From Erysipelotrichaceae bacterium (lineage in GTDB: Bacteria > Bacillota_I > Bacilli_A > Erysipelotrichales > Erysipelotrichaceae), in contig OY760660.1 in the NCBI GenBank assembly GCA_963663995.1, forward strand, positions 750,001 to 782,000: a DNA stretch of 32,000 nt. Direction: 5' to 3'. The position numbers and the translations under genes were made by a program. This document shows, piece by piece, positions 17,381 through 25,114 of this stretch; position 1 is the stretch's first letter, and each line of letters starts with the position of its first letter. Below the pieces are notes generated by a model, which worked only from the letters and a program-made list of their open reading frames with translations, had not been told where the DNA came from and did no database searches.

Positions 17381-17432
17381 AAATGCGAATCATTTGCATT
17401 TACAAGTATAACATGAGCCTTAACATAAACAA
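17381..17432 (-). promoter_or_regulatory. znu operon promoter (TTGTTT-16 nt-TATACT) followed by a Zur-box-like 21-nt palindrome
   Basis: -35 at 17427-17432 and -10 at 17405-17410. AAATGCGAATCATTTGCATTT (17381-17401) is an imperfect palindrome between the -10 and the SD. Its architecture is like the AAATCGTAATNATTACGATTT Zur consensus. Confidence 0.5.
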
Positions 17433-17442
17433 TGAATATGCT

Positions 17443-18402
17443 TTAAAACCACTTTTTCTTTTTGAAATAAACGAGTAAAGATACAGATATAGTTATCATT
17501 ACACCCCATACAAGTGGATAAGCATAAGGATATTGATATTCTGGCATGGTTTGAAAGTTCATTCCATAAAGACCAGTAATAAAGGTTAAAGGAATAAATA
17601 CAGTTGAGATAACGGTTAAGACCTTCATAATATCATTGGTTCTATTTGAGAGCGATGATAAATATACTTCAACCATTGTATTCACGGTTTCTCGATACAG
17701 TTCCAATTCATCTAAAACTTGAATTAAATGATCTTGGACATCACGATGATACAAGGCAATCACATCTGACATAAATTCAATTTCTTTATGGGTACGTGAT
17801 AACACATCACGCATCGGACTAATTGAACGATAAATTAAGAAAAGTTCTTTTTTATAACTTTGTAGGATTTTCATATGATCGGCTTCACTGTGTCCTAAAA
17901 GCGCTTGTTCTGTTTCATCAATAAAAGAGGACCATTCATCAAATTCATAATTATAATCATCCACTACCGCATCTAAAACATCGTAGAGGAGTGTATCCAT
18001 GTGTTTAACTGGTTTATCTTGAAGTCGCGCTTTTAAGGCGTCTAGGCCTTTATAAGGTTCTTCAAAAACAGTCAACAGTACTTTCTCAGAAACAATTAAG
18101 TTAAGTTGAGTAATGAAAATATGTTGATCTTTCACGCTTAAGAGTTTTAAAACAATCGACGAGAAATAATCGAAGATCTGCATCTTTGTTCGTGGATTCA
18201 ATTCTTGTAAATCTTCTTTTAAAAGTGGATGCACATTCCTAAATAGATTTAGTTGTAAAACTTTATCAACTTGATCAAGTCCATTGATTTCAATCCATAT
18301 TAGATCATTCTCTGTAATATTTGATTCATCAAACTGATCAAAGTCTTTAACGACTAAATCATTTTCCCTTAGTTGATATACACGTACTTGATGATGATTC
18401 AT
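17443..18402 (-). CDS. corA: CorA magnesium/cobalt transporter
   Basis: C-terminal two TM segments with the YGMNF signature. 319 aa. Confidence 0.9.
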   Translation of the reverse strand: MNHHQVRVYQLRENDLVVKDFDQFDESNITENDLIWIEINGLDQVDKVLQLNLFRNVHPLLKEDLQELNPRTKMQIFDYFSSIVLKLLSVKDQHIFITQLNLIVSEKVLLTVFEEPYKGLDALKARLQDKPVKHMDTLLYDVLDAVVDDYNYEFDEWSSFIDETEQALLGHSEADHMKILQSYKKELFLIYRSISPMRDVLSRTHKEIEFMSDVIALYHRDVQDHLIQVLDELELYRETVNTMVEVYLSSLSNRTNDIMKVLTVISTVFIPLTFITGLYGMNFQTMPEYQYPYAYPLVWGVMITISVSLLVYFKKKKWF

Positions 18403-18422
18403 AGCGATTACCTCACATTTTC

Positions 18423-18451
18423 ATTATATATCTTCTTTCTATGCCTTTGAA
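18423..18451 (-). promoter_or_regulatory. Candidate corA promoter, TTCAAA-17 nt-TATAAT
   Basis: Minus strand reads TTCAAA (18446-18451) and TATAAT (18423-18428), then SD GTGAGG. Confidence 0.45.
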
Positions 18452-18484
18452 CATGTTAAAATTGTGAACGTAATGAGGTAAATT

Positions 18485-19753
18485 ATGAAATCAGTTGCTT
18501 TAAGTTTATTTGTTATAACCTATATCGCGCTTTTAGCGCTTCCAAAATATCGTTCGTATATTGCTTTAGTCAGTGCCACTTTATTTGTATCCTTTGGGAT
18601 GTTGCCAGTCAATGGTATTATCTCAAGCATTGATTTTAATGTCTTGATGATGATAGGTGGAACGATGGGGATTGTATCCCTTTTTATCGATTCTAAAATG
18701 CCATCTTTAATGGCTGATTGGATCATCGACAAAACCCCTAATGTTAAGTGGGCTATTATCTGGTTATCTATTTTCTCAGGATTTATCTCTGCTTTTATGG
18801 ATAATGTCGCCACTGTATTAATGTTGGCACCCGTCACCTTACAAATCACAAAGAAATTAAAAATAAGTCCAGTCCTAGCGATTATAGCGATTGCGGTTGC
18901 ATCTAATTTGCAAGGAGCAGCTACTTTAGTGGGTGATACAACCTCAATCTTATTAGGTGGTTATGCAAATATGGATTTCCTTGACTTTTTCTTTAATGAT
19001 GGAAGAATTGGGATTTTCTGGATCGTTCAATTAGGTGCGATTGCTTCTACTTTAGTTTTAATGTGGTTCTTTAGAAAAGATACAAAGCCAGTTCATTTAG
19101 AAGAAAAAACAACAGTTGAAGATATGTTTCCAACTTATCTTTTATTAGTTATGATTCTACTTTTAATTCTTGCGTCCTTTATTCCTAACAAACTACAAAT
19201 CACGAATGGTCTAATTTGTATGTCACTCTTACTTGTTGGCTTAGTAAGAGATTATTTACCTGATCGTAAAGTCTCCAAACTTGTTAAAACGCTATTAGAA
19301 ATTGATTTTGAAACACTATTACTTTTAGCCAGTTTATTTGTGATTATTGGAGCGATTACGTATGTTGGTTTAATCGATGATATCGCAATAATATTCGCGA
19401 ATTTAGCCAACGACAATATCTTCTTAATCTATACGATTTTGGTTTGGTTTTCAGTGATTATCTCAGCCTTTGTCGATAATATTCCTTATATTGCGACAAT
19501 GTTGCCAGTGGTATCTAGTATTTCGATAAGCATGGGCATTGATCCAATGATTCTCTACTTAGGACTATTATCTGGGGCTACCCTTGGAGGTAATCTAACA
19601 CCGCTTGGGGCTAGTGCAAATATTACTGCCTTAGGTATTTTACGCAAAGAAAAACACCATGTTTCCACTTTAGAGTTTATGAAAATAGGTGTTCCTTTTA
19701 CATTAGCAGCGGTTGTGACCGGCTATATTTTAATTTGGTTAATCTGGGCTTAA
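18485..19753 (+). CDS. ArsB/NhaD (ion-transporter superfamily, CitMHS-like) permease
   Basis: 422 aa, about 11-12 TM segments with the internal-repeat layout and FMDNV / FVDNIP hairpin motifs typical of ArsB_NhaD permeases. Substrate unknown. Confidence 0.65.
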   Translation: MKSVALSLFVITYIALLALPKYRSYIALVSATLFVSFGMLPVNGIISSIDFNVLMMIGGTMGIVSLFIDSKMPSLMADWIIDKTPNVKWAIIWLSIFSGFISAFMDNVATVLMLAPVTLQITKKLKISPVLAIIAIAVASNLQGAATLVGDTTSILLGGYANMDFLDFFFNDGRIGIFWIVQLGAIASTLVLMWFFRKDTKPVHLEEKTTVEDMFPTYLLLVMILLLILASFIPNKLQITNGLICMSLLLVGLVRDYLPDRKVSKLVKTLLEIDFETLLLLASLFVIIGAITYVGLIDDIAIIFANLANDNIFLIYTILVWFSVIISAFVDNIPYIATMLPVVSSISISMGIDPMILYLGLLSGATLGGNLTPLGASANITALGILRKEKHHVSTLEFMKIGVPFTLAAVVTGYILIWLIWA

Positions 19754-20007
19754 TATAGTTTAATACTTGGACCAGTTGGTGAAAATAAACGTTCAACGGC
19801 TTTAGTATCTAAGACTTTACCGACAGATACAACGGTTTCATCGACGACAATAGCAGGTGTACTCATCACACCATAACTTAAAATCGTGTCAATATCAGTC
19901 ACCATTTCAACATCTGCACTCATATTCAAATTATCAAGTGCTGCTTTTGTGTTAGCTTCTAACTTATGGCAGTTAGGGCAACCTTTTCCTAAAATTTTAA
20001 CATTCAT
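19750..20007 (-). CDS. Thioredoxin-fold 'redox-active disulfide protein 2' (Thioredoxin_3 family)
   Basis: 85 aa. KILGKGCPNCHKLE CxxC motif and YGVMSTPAIVVD. Strong SD GGAGGG. Confidence 0.75.
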   Translation of the reverse strand: MNVKILGKGCPNCHKLEANTKAALDNLNMSADVEMVTDIDTILSYGVMSTPAIVVDETVVSVGKVLDTKAVERLFSPTGPSIKLY

Positions 20008-20019
20008 CTTTTTTCCCTC

Positions 20020-21036
20020 CTATAAAAGTATTGCTTGAATACTGTTGAAAACAAATCCAATAATCATAATGCCAAGTGTACAATAGACTGCAAATAAGAT
20101 TAAGAGTGGTGTTTTAACCACTTTTTTAAGTAGAATCATCGATGGAAGTGACAAGGTTGTGACCGCCATCATTAAGGCTAATACCGTTCCTAAACCAACA
20201 CCTACAGATAATAAAGCTTGCGCAATCGGTAGTGTCCCAAAGATATCTGCATAAATAGGAACACCCAATAAAGTTGCTAAGACAACGGAATACCAATGAT
20301 TAGGACCTAATACACTCATAATCCATTCAACGGGAATAACATTATGAATTAATGCGCCAATCCCTACACCAATTAAGATGTATATAAAGACTTTATTAAC
20401 GATATCTTTAACTTGCGCCCAGGCAAAATCATGACGATCTCTTTTTGTCATTTCAATGTCTAAATTTGGCATCGCACGTCTATTTTTAGCGAAATCTTCA
20501 ACATAGCGATCCATTTTAAAGATGGACATAACATAGCCACCACTAATCGCTAAGATTAAGCCAACTAAGACATAAGCAAATGCAATTTTAAAGTTAAAGA
20601 TAGAGGCTAATAAGATAATTGAAGCCATATCGACTAAGGGTGATGAAATCAAGAAACTAAAGGTTACACCAACAGGTAAACCTGATGCGGTAAATCCAAT
20701 AAAGAGTGGAATCGAAGAACAGGAACAGAATGGTGTAATCGTGCCAAGTAAGGCGGCTATCGCATGCGCACTGAAACCATTGTATTTCCCAAGTATTTTT
20801 CTTGTTCTTTCTGGTGGGAAATAGGATTGTACCCATGAAATGGAATAGATTAAAGTGACCAACAAGATCAAGATTTTAATCACATCATAAGAGAAGTAAA
20901 CTAAGATATGCGTTAGTTCATTTTCAGGAAAGCGTAATAGCTTCACAAAAATGACTTCCATCAATTCTGCGAGCCAATTCATCTTTAAGAAAATGTCATT
21001 AAAGGCTGAAAAGCCATCTACTATATATCGATACAT
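20020..21036 (-). CDS. ArsP/DUF318-type permease with vicinal cysteine motif
   Basis: Polytopic 338-aa protein with the TPFCSCSSIPL motif characteristic of the ArsP (PF03773-like) permease family. Homologues as I recall them begin near MNWLAEL, so an alternative start at 20982 is possible. Confidence 0.7.
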   Translation of the reverse strand: MYRYIVDGFSAFNDIFLKMNWLAELMEVIFVKLLRFPENELTHILVYFSYDVIKILILLVTLIYSISWVQSYFPPERTRKILGKYNGFSAHAIAALLGTITPFCSCSSIPLFIGFTASGLPVGVTFSFLISSPLVDMASIILLASIFNFKIAFAYVLVGLILAISGGYVMSIFKMDRYVEDFAKNRRAMPNLDIEMTKRDRHDFAWAQVKDIVNKVFIYILIGVGIGALIHNVIPVEWIMSVLGPNHWYSVVLATLLGVPIYADIFGTLPIAQALLSVGVGLGTVLALMMAVTTLSLPSMILLKKVVKTPLLILFAVYCTLGIMIIGFVFNSIQAILL

Positions 21037-21046
21037 ATCGATATAT
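21023..21046 (-). promoter_or_regulatory. 11-2-11 palindrome ATATATCGATA-CA-TATCGATATAT centred on the permease start codon, with an adjacent TGTTAATAT extended -10
   Basis: Read directly from the sequence. Only the two central bases break the symmetry. The 12-2-12-like layout resembles ArsR/SmtB operators. TGT-TAATAT (21043-21051, minus strand) lies 6 nt upstream of the ATG at 21036. Confidence 0.45.
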
Positions 21047-21063
21047 TAACATAAAGTTTTTAT

Positions 21064-21780
21064 TTAGTGTGTAAATTTACTAAGATTTTCCTGAATTTGT
21101 TTAAATGCTTCCTTTTCAACGGATACATTTGAACGAACTCCTTCTTTCTCAATCTTAATTAAACCAGCTTTATTTAGTACCGAAAGATGATGAGAAAGCG
21201 TTGATTGAGAAATCGGTAAATCTGACGTAAAGGTGCAAGCACATCTTTCGCCATCGATTAAAATATCCAGGATTTTAAGACGCATTGGGTCTGCTAAGGC
21301 TTTTAATTGATTCACAAAAGCTTGGCTATTGTCATTGAGTTCTAAAGCATATTTAAACAATTCAGTCGCATAAGGTTGTAGCTTAATACCAGCCCATTTT
21401 GATTGAGGTAGTACTTCTATTTGTTCTAAATCTTTAAAATTTACATGATGAAAACTAAATTGAAAGCCTTTAATCTCAGCCATTAAGACTCTATCTTCTT
21501 TTGTAAGTCGGACTAAGTTTCGATCGACTTTCTTCAAACTTTCTACTAAATCAAATTTAAAGAAATAGTTATTTTCAAAATGTTTGTTATCACTTTGCTT
21601 CACAAATGCATTTAAGTAATTTGCAGCCGCAAATAACAAGAATACAGCATCCTCATTTTCAACATTTTGACGTCTTAAAATAAGCTCAGCTTCTTGAGCC
21701 AACTTAAGAGATAGGCGTGTACTTTCTGTTTTTCTTTGCGCAAATATTTTTTTTTGAAGAAGTTTTAGTGAGTCTGACAT
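21064..21780 (-). CDS. ArsR/SmtB-family transcriptional regulator with an ~150-aa N-terminal extension of unknown function
   Basis: C-terminal LKALADPMRLKILDIL...ERCACTFTSDLPISQSTLSHHLSVLNKAGLI is a canonical ArsR HTH with an alpha-3 CxC site. Residues 1-150 have no counterpart in ordinary ~110-aa ArsR proteins. Confidence 0.75.
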   Translation of the reverse strand: MSDSLKLLQKKIFAQRKTESTRLSLKLAQEAELILRRQNVENEDAVFLLFAAANYLNAFVKQSDNKHFENNYFFKFDLVESLKKVDRNLVRLTKEDRVLMAEIKGFQFSFHHVNFKDLEQIEVLPQSKWAGIKLQPYATELFKYALELNDNSQAFVNQLKALADPMRLKILDILIDGERCACTFTSDLPISQSTLSHHLSVLNKAGLIKIEKEGVRSNVSVEKEAFKQIQENLSKFTH

Positions 21781-21803
21781 AGTTAACCTTTTTGTTTTCT
21801 TAC

Positions 21804-21816
21804 TGTTATAATACCA
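21804..21816. promoter_or_regulatory. Overlapping bidirectional extended -10 elements (plus TGT-TATAAT, minus TGG-TATTAT)
   Basis: TGTTATAATACCA reads as TGnTATAAT on the plus strand, 6 nt before the ATG at 21819. It reads as TGnTATTAT on the minus strand, about 28 nt before the arsR-like ATG at 21780, which has SD AAAGG. Confidence 0.45.
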
Positions 21817-21818
21817 TT

Positions 21819-22715
21819 ATGGATACATCACTTATAGGTATTAGCCTTTATTTATTAATTAGTTTAATTTTATTTCAAATGACATTCAATCGAAAAGTCT
21901 CAAAACAGTTTTTAAATAAAACAGATGATTTAAATACGATTGATTGGTCCTTTTTTAAACCTGATCAAGCATGGTTAATGAGTCAAAATCCTGAAATACT
22001 AAACATTTCAATCAAAGGATCAAAGCGTTCTGCTTACTTTTTAAACGATTATGGTAAAGAAGCCAAAACAGCCATTATCATTCATGGTTATACCTCATCC
22101 GCAATCAAAATGAGCTTATTCGCTCGCATTTACCACGATGTCTTTAAAATGAATACCCTCTTAATCGATTTAAGTGCACATGGTTTATCAGAAGGATCGA
22201 TTATTCGTTTTGGTTTAGGCGATTATAAAGATATTAATCTATGGGTTAAACAATTAAACGACTTAGGCTATACAGCCGATAAAATTCTTCATGGGATTTC
22301 AATGGGTGGTGCGACTGCTTTGTTTGCTTTAGCCCATCATTTAGACAGCGATATAAAAAGAGTCATTACTGACTCTGCTTATACTAATTTAGATCCGATC
22401 CTAAAAAAACAATCGATGAAGATTTATAAAGGACCAGCCTTGTTGTTCATGCCAGGTCTATCCTTTTGGATGAAAATCATCTTAGGCTTCAGTCTTTCTC
22501 AAATCAATGTTTATCTCAAATTAAAACAAATTGATCGACCTTTACTTTTAATTCACGGAACACAAGATTTCTTTGTTCCCTTTAGACAATCAGAATATTT
22601 ACATGAACGCTTTCCGGAAACTCAACTCAAACTCTTTAAAGGAAGTGCTCATGCTTGTAGTGTTCACGATTATCGTGAAGAATATATTGAAACACTTAAA
22701 GCTTTTATCAATTAA
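21819..22715 (+). CDS. Alpha/beta hydrolase (membrane-anchored, S9/BAAT-like)
   Basis: N-terminal TM helix, nucleophile elbow GISMGG, and downstream D and H (LIHGTQD...SAH). I preferred the ATG at 21819 over the TTG at 21792 because the TTG start would place the TATAAT inside the gene. Confidence 0.7.
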   Translation: MDTSLIGISLYLLISLILFQMTFNRKVSKQFLNKTDDLNTIDWSFFKPDQAWLMSQNPEILNISIKGSKRSAYFLNDYGKEAKTAIIIHGYTSSAIKMSLFARIYHDVFKMNTLLIDLSAHGLSEGSIIRFGLGDYKDINLWVKQLNDLGYTADKILHGISMGGATALFALAHHLDSDIKRVITDSAYTNLDPILKKQSMKIYKGPALLFMPGLSFWMKIILGFSLSQINVYLKLKQIDRPLLLIHGTQDFFVPFRQSEYLHERFPETQLKLFKGSAHACSVHDYREEYIETLKAFIN

Positions 22716-23455
22716 TACGTTTCACTCTCTACCATCATATGCGTTAAGACCAACGGTAATAACTTCAAGGTTTCAGCACATCTAATGTTTTTTTCTGTTC
22801 CATTCACAAAATGACGATAATCTAAGTACTGTTTTAACTGTGCAAAGCCAGCTTCATCAAATTGACTGCGATGTTTTTGAATTGCTTGATACTTCAAATC
22901 TACTGTCGAACTTATATCAATCACTGAATTTGGATGTGCCGAAGCATAAAAACCTACGGCTTGGATTGGATAAGGATGATTATCTTGATCAGGAAGCGGA
23001 AAATGTCTATTAGAACTCATTAAACATGCATCAAGTACTGCTTGTCCCACTTTACGATGGGTTGGATGTGCTTCATATTTTAAATAGGGATCAATGGTAA
23101 TCACACAATCAGCTTTAACTTGACGTAAAACATCGACAATTTTTATGACTAGTTCTTTTTCATCGGGATAATGACTTTCCTTTAAATCCAGTTGGATAAA
23201 ATTTTCGACACCTAATACTTTCCCGGCTTCTTTTAATTCATTTTGTCTAATTTTGACAAGTTCATGCGAAGAGAGAGTAGCTGATCCACCTTTTCCTTTA
23301 GAAACTGTTAGATAGCTAAGTTTAATGCCTTTTTCATGACACAAAGCAATGATTCCTCCCGCCCCGATTTCATTATCATCTGGGTGTGGTTGAACAAATA
23401 AAATATGTTTAAATGAAAATAAATCAGGCAAAGGTAAAAAGTCTTTAATATCCAT
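22712..23455 (-). CDS. PIG-L / LmbE-family N-acetylglucosaminyl deacetylase
   Basis: QPHPDDNEIGAGG zinc-binding motif near the N-terminus and a later HPTH motif. 247 aa. Confidence 0.8.
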   Translation of the reverse strand: MDIKDFLPLPDLFSFKHILFVQPHPDDNEIGAGGIIALCHEKGIKLSYLTVSKGKGGSATLSSHELVKIRQNELKEAGKVLGVENFIQLDLKESHYPDEKELVIKIVDVLRQVKADCVITIDPYLKYEAHPTHRKVGQAVLDACLMSSNRHFPLPDQDNHPYPIQAVGFYASAHPNSVIDISSTVDLKYQAIQKHRSQFDEAGFAQLKQYLDYRHFVNGTEKNIRCAETLKLLPLVLTHMMVESETY

Positions 23456-23916
23456 TAGCGACTTCCTCTTTCTTTATCGTAATAAGCAATATAATCTTTT
23501 AGACTTAAAGCTGCCGTTATTTTTCCAATCATTTGATAATCAATTTTATTTTTGTTTCTAAAACGGATACAGGATACACCATGATCTAATTTCCCATATT
23601 CTATTTCATAGCGCTCTTTTTCTTTTTCAAAAAGTTCTGTTAAAGCATATGCCGCTAATGAATAAAAGGCATAGTGATGTTTTTGTTTTGCGAGTGCCAC
23701 ATATGAAACTGGAACATCTGGATCATTAAGATAGCCCTTAGGATAGGCTGATAATGGAACATAATAACTAATCATGCCATATTGCATCCCTTCGACATAA
23801 CCACTCGGTAAATTTTCAAGAATACAGTTTCTCATTTGATTCAAAACAACTTGTTCTTCTTCAGTATATTCTTTGATGTATTCATCAACAGTTTTTGCCT
23901 TACTTTGCATACTCAT
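23455..23916 (-). CDS. DUF1801 (YdhG-like) domain protein
   Basis: Starts ...KAKTVDEYIKEY and contains MISYYVP and AKQKHHYAFY, as in DUF1801 proteins. The start could be 23916 or 23910. TAATG overlap with the downstream deacetylase. Confidence 0.6.
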   Translation of the reverse strand: MSMQSKAKTVDEYIKEYTEEEQVVLNQMRNCILENLPSGYVEGMQYGMISYYVPLSAYPKGYLNDPDVPVSYVALAKQKHHYAFYSLAAYALTELFEKEKERYEIEYGKLDHGVSCIRFRNKNKIDYQMIGKITAALSLKDYIAYYDKERGSR

Positions 23917-24247
23917 CAACCTGTGAAATTCTAAAAACCGTCATTTTTTCAATCAGTTCCAAAGGCAGTTCTTCATTTAATGGAAATTGAATTGAACCTC
24001 TACCATAAACATATTGTGATATTTCATCTTCAAAATGTTCGATGACATCTCCTCCTGGATAAAAACCAATATGTTTTGGATAGGCAGACATATGAACTAA
24101 GTTTTTATGCTTATAAACAAACGTAGGAATACCATAAGCAATCTTTTCACTACACTCACAAAGACTATGAATTTTCTCTCGTAGTTGAATTAATTTTTCT
24201 TGAGTTGATTCTGGGTATTCTTCTATAAAGCTATCTATTTCGTTCAT
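23900..24247 (-). CDS. DUF1801 (YdhG-like) domain protein
   Basis: IDSFIEEYPESTQEKLIQLREKI...YGIPTF...HIGFYP...GSIQFPL pattern. The start is the ATG at 24247, or possibly the GTG at 24256. Confidence 0.6.
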   Translation of the reverse strand: MNEIDSFIEEYPESTQEKLIQLREKIHSLCECSEKIAYGIPTFVYKHKNLVHMSAYPKHIGFYPGGDVIEHFEDEISQYVYGRGSIQFPLNEELPLELIEKMTVFRISQVDEYAK

Positions 24248-24256
24248 CACTTTCAC

Positions 24257-24279
24257 ATAAAAAAGCCCTATTGGGCTTT
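24257..24279 (-). terminator. Rho-independent terminator after udp
   Basis: Minus strand reads AAAGCCC-AAUA-GGGCUUU followed by UUUUAU. The hairpin overlaps the udp stop codon. Confidence 0.6.
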
Positions 24280-25041
24280 ATCCTTTTCAATTAAATTTCT
24301 GATTGCTTCAACGGCCACTTTGATCGCAATTTCAGTATCGTGAACTTGCACATCTTCTAGACCCATTTCTCGACGAGTTTGATTTGCAACAACCAGTAAA
24401 ATTGAACCAACACGTAAACGTCTTGTTGAGCCAACAATAAATAAAGTTGCAGATTCCATCTCAGAGGTTAATGCCCCAGCTTTTTTCCAAGCATCCCATT
24501 TTTGTATGAGTTCATAACCTACGGGCATACTTGAAGGATCATGTTGTCCATAGAAATTATCTTTACATTGAACTACCCCTAAATGATGAGGTGCTTTTAG
24601 ACTAATTGCAGCTTCTTTCAAGGCCATTACCACATCAAAATCAGCCACAGCAGGATATTCAATAGGCACATACTCTTTCGATGTTCCATCTAAACGGATG
24701 GCACCTGTCGCAATCACGACATCACCACCTAAGACTTCTTCTTGCATCCCCCCAGATGTACCAACACGGATAAATGTTTTTGCGCCAATATGGGCTAATT
24801 CTTCCATCGCAATAGATGCAGATGGTCCACCAATACCAGTCGATGTAACAGATACTTTAACACCATTTAAAGTTCCTGTATAAGTTGTATATTCACGATT
24901 TGTCGCCACTAGTTTCGCATCATCAAAATGTTTTGCGATTTTCTCACAACGACCAGGATCTCCTGGTAAGATTACATACTCACCAACATCCCCTTTTTTC
25001 AGTTGTACATGATATTCAATATCAGAATAGACAGTTGACAT
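24268..25041 (-). CDS. udp: Uridine phosphorylase
   Basis: Close colinear resemblance to E. coli Udp as I remember it: [34 protein letters not shown]. 257 aa. Confidence 0.85.
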   Translation of the reverse strand: MSTVYSDIEYHVQLKKGDVGEYVILPGDPGRCEKIAKHFDDAKLVATNREYTTYTGTLNGVKVSVTSTGIGGPSASIAMEELAHIGAKTFIRVGTSGGMQEEVLGGDVVIATGAIRLDGTSKEYVPIEYPAVADFDVVMALKEAAISLKAPHHLGVVQCKDNFYGQHDPSSMPVGYELIQKWDAWKKAGALTSEMESATLFIVGSTRRLRVGSILLVVANQTRREMGLEDVQVHDTEIAIKVAVEAIRNLIEKDKAQ

Positions 25042-25114
25042 AATTCACTCCTTATAAGCGCTTTCAAGCACTTTAATTTTAACACATTCATTAAATTAAG
25101 GCTTTTAAACACCT

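Noticed and set aside
18403-18484. Possible M-box or other Mg-sensing leader upstream of corA.
   Set aside because: The whole divergent intergenic region is 82 bp and is filled by two promoters and two SDs. There is no room for a ~160-nt M-box.
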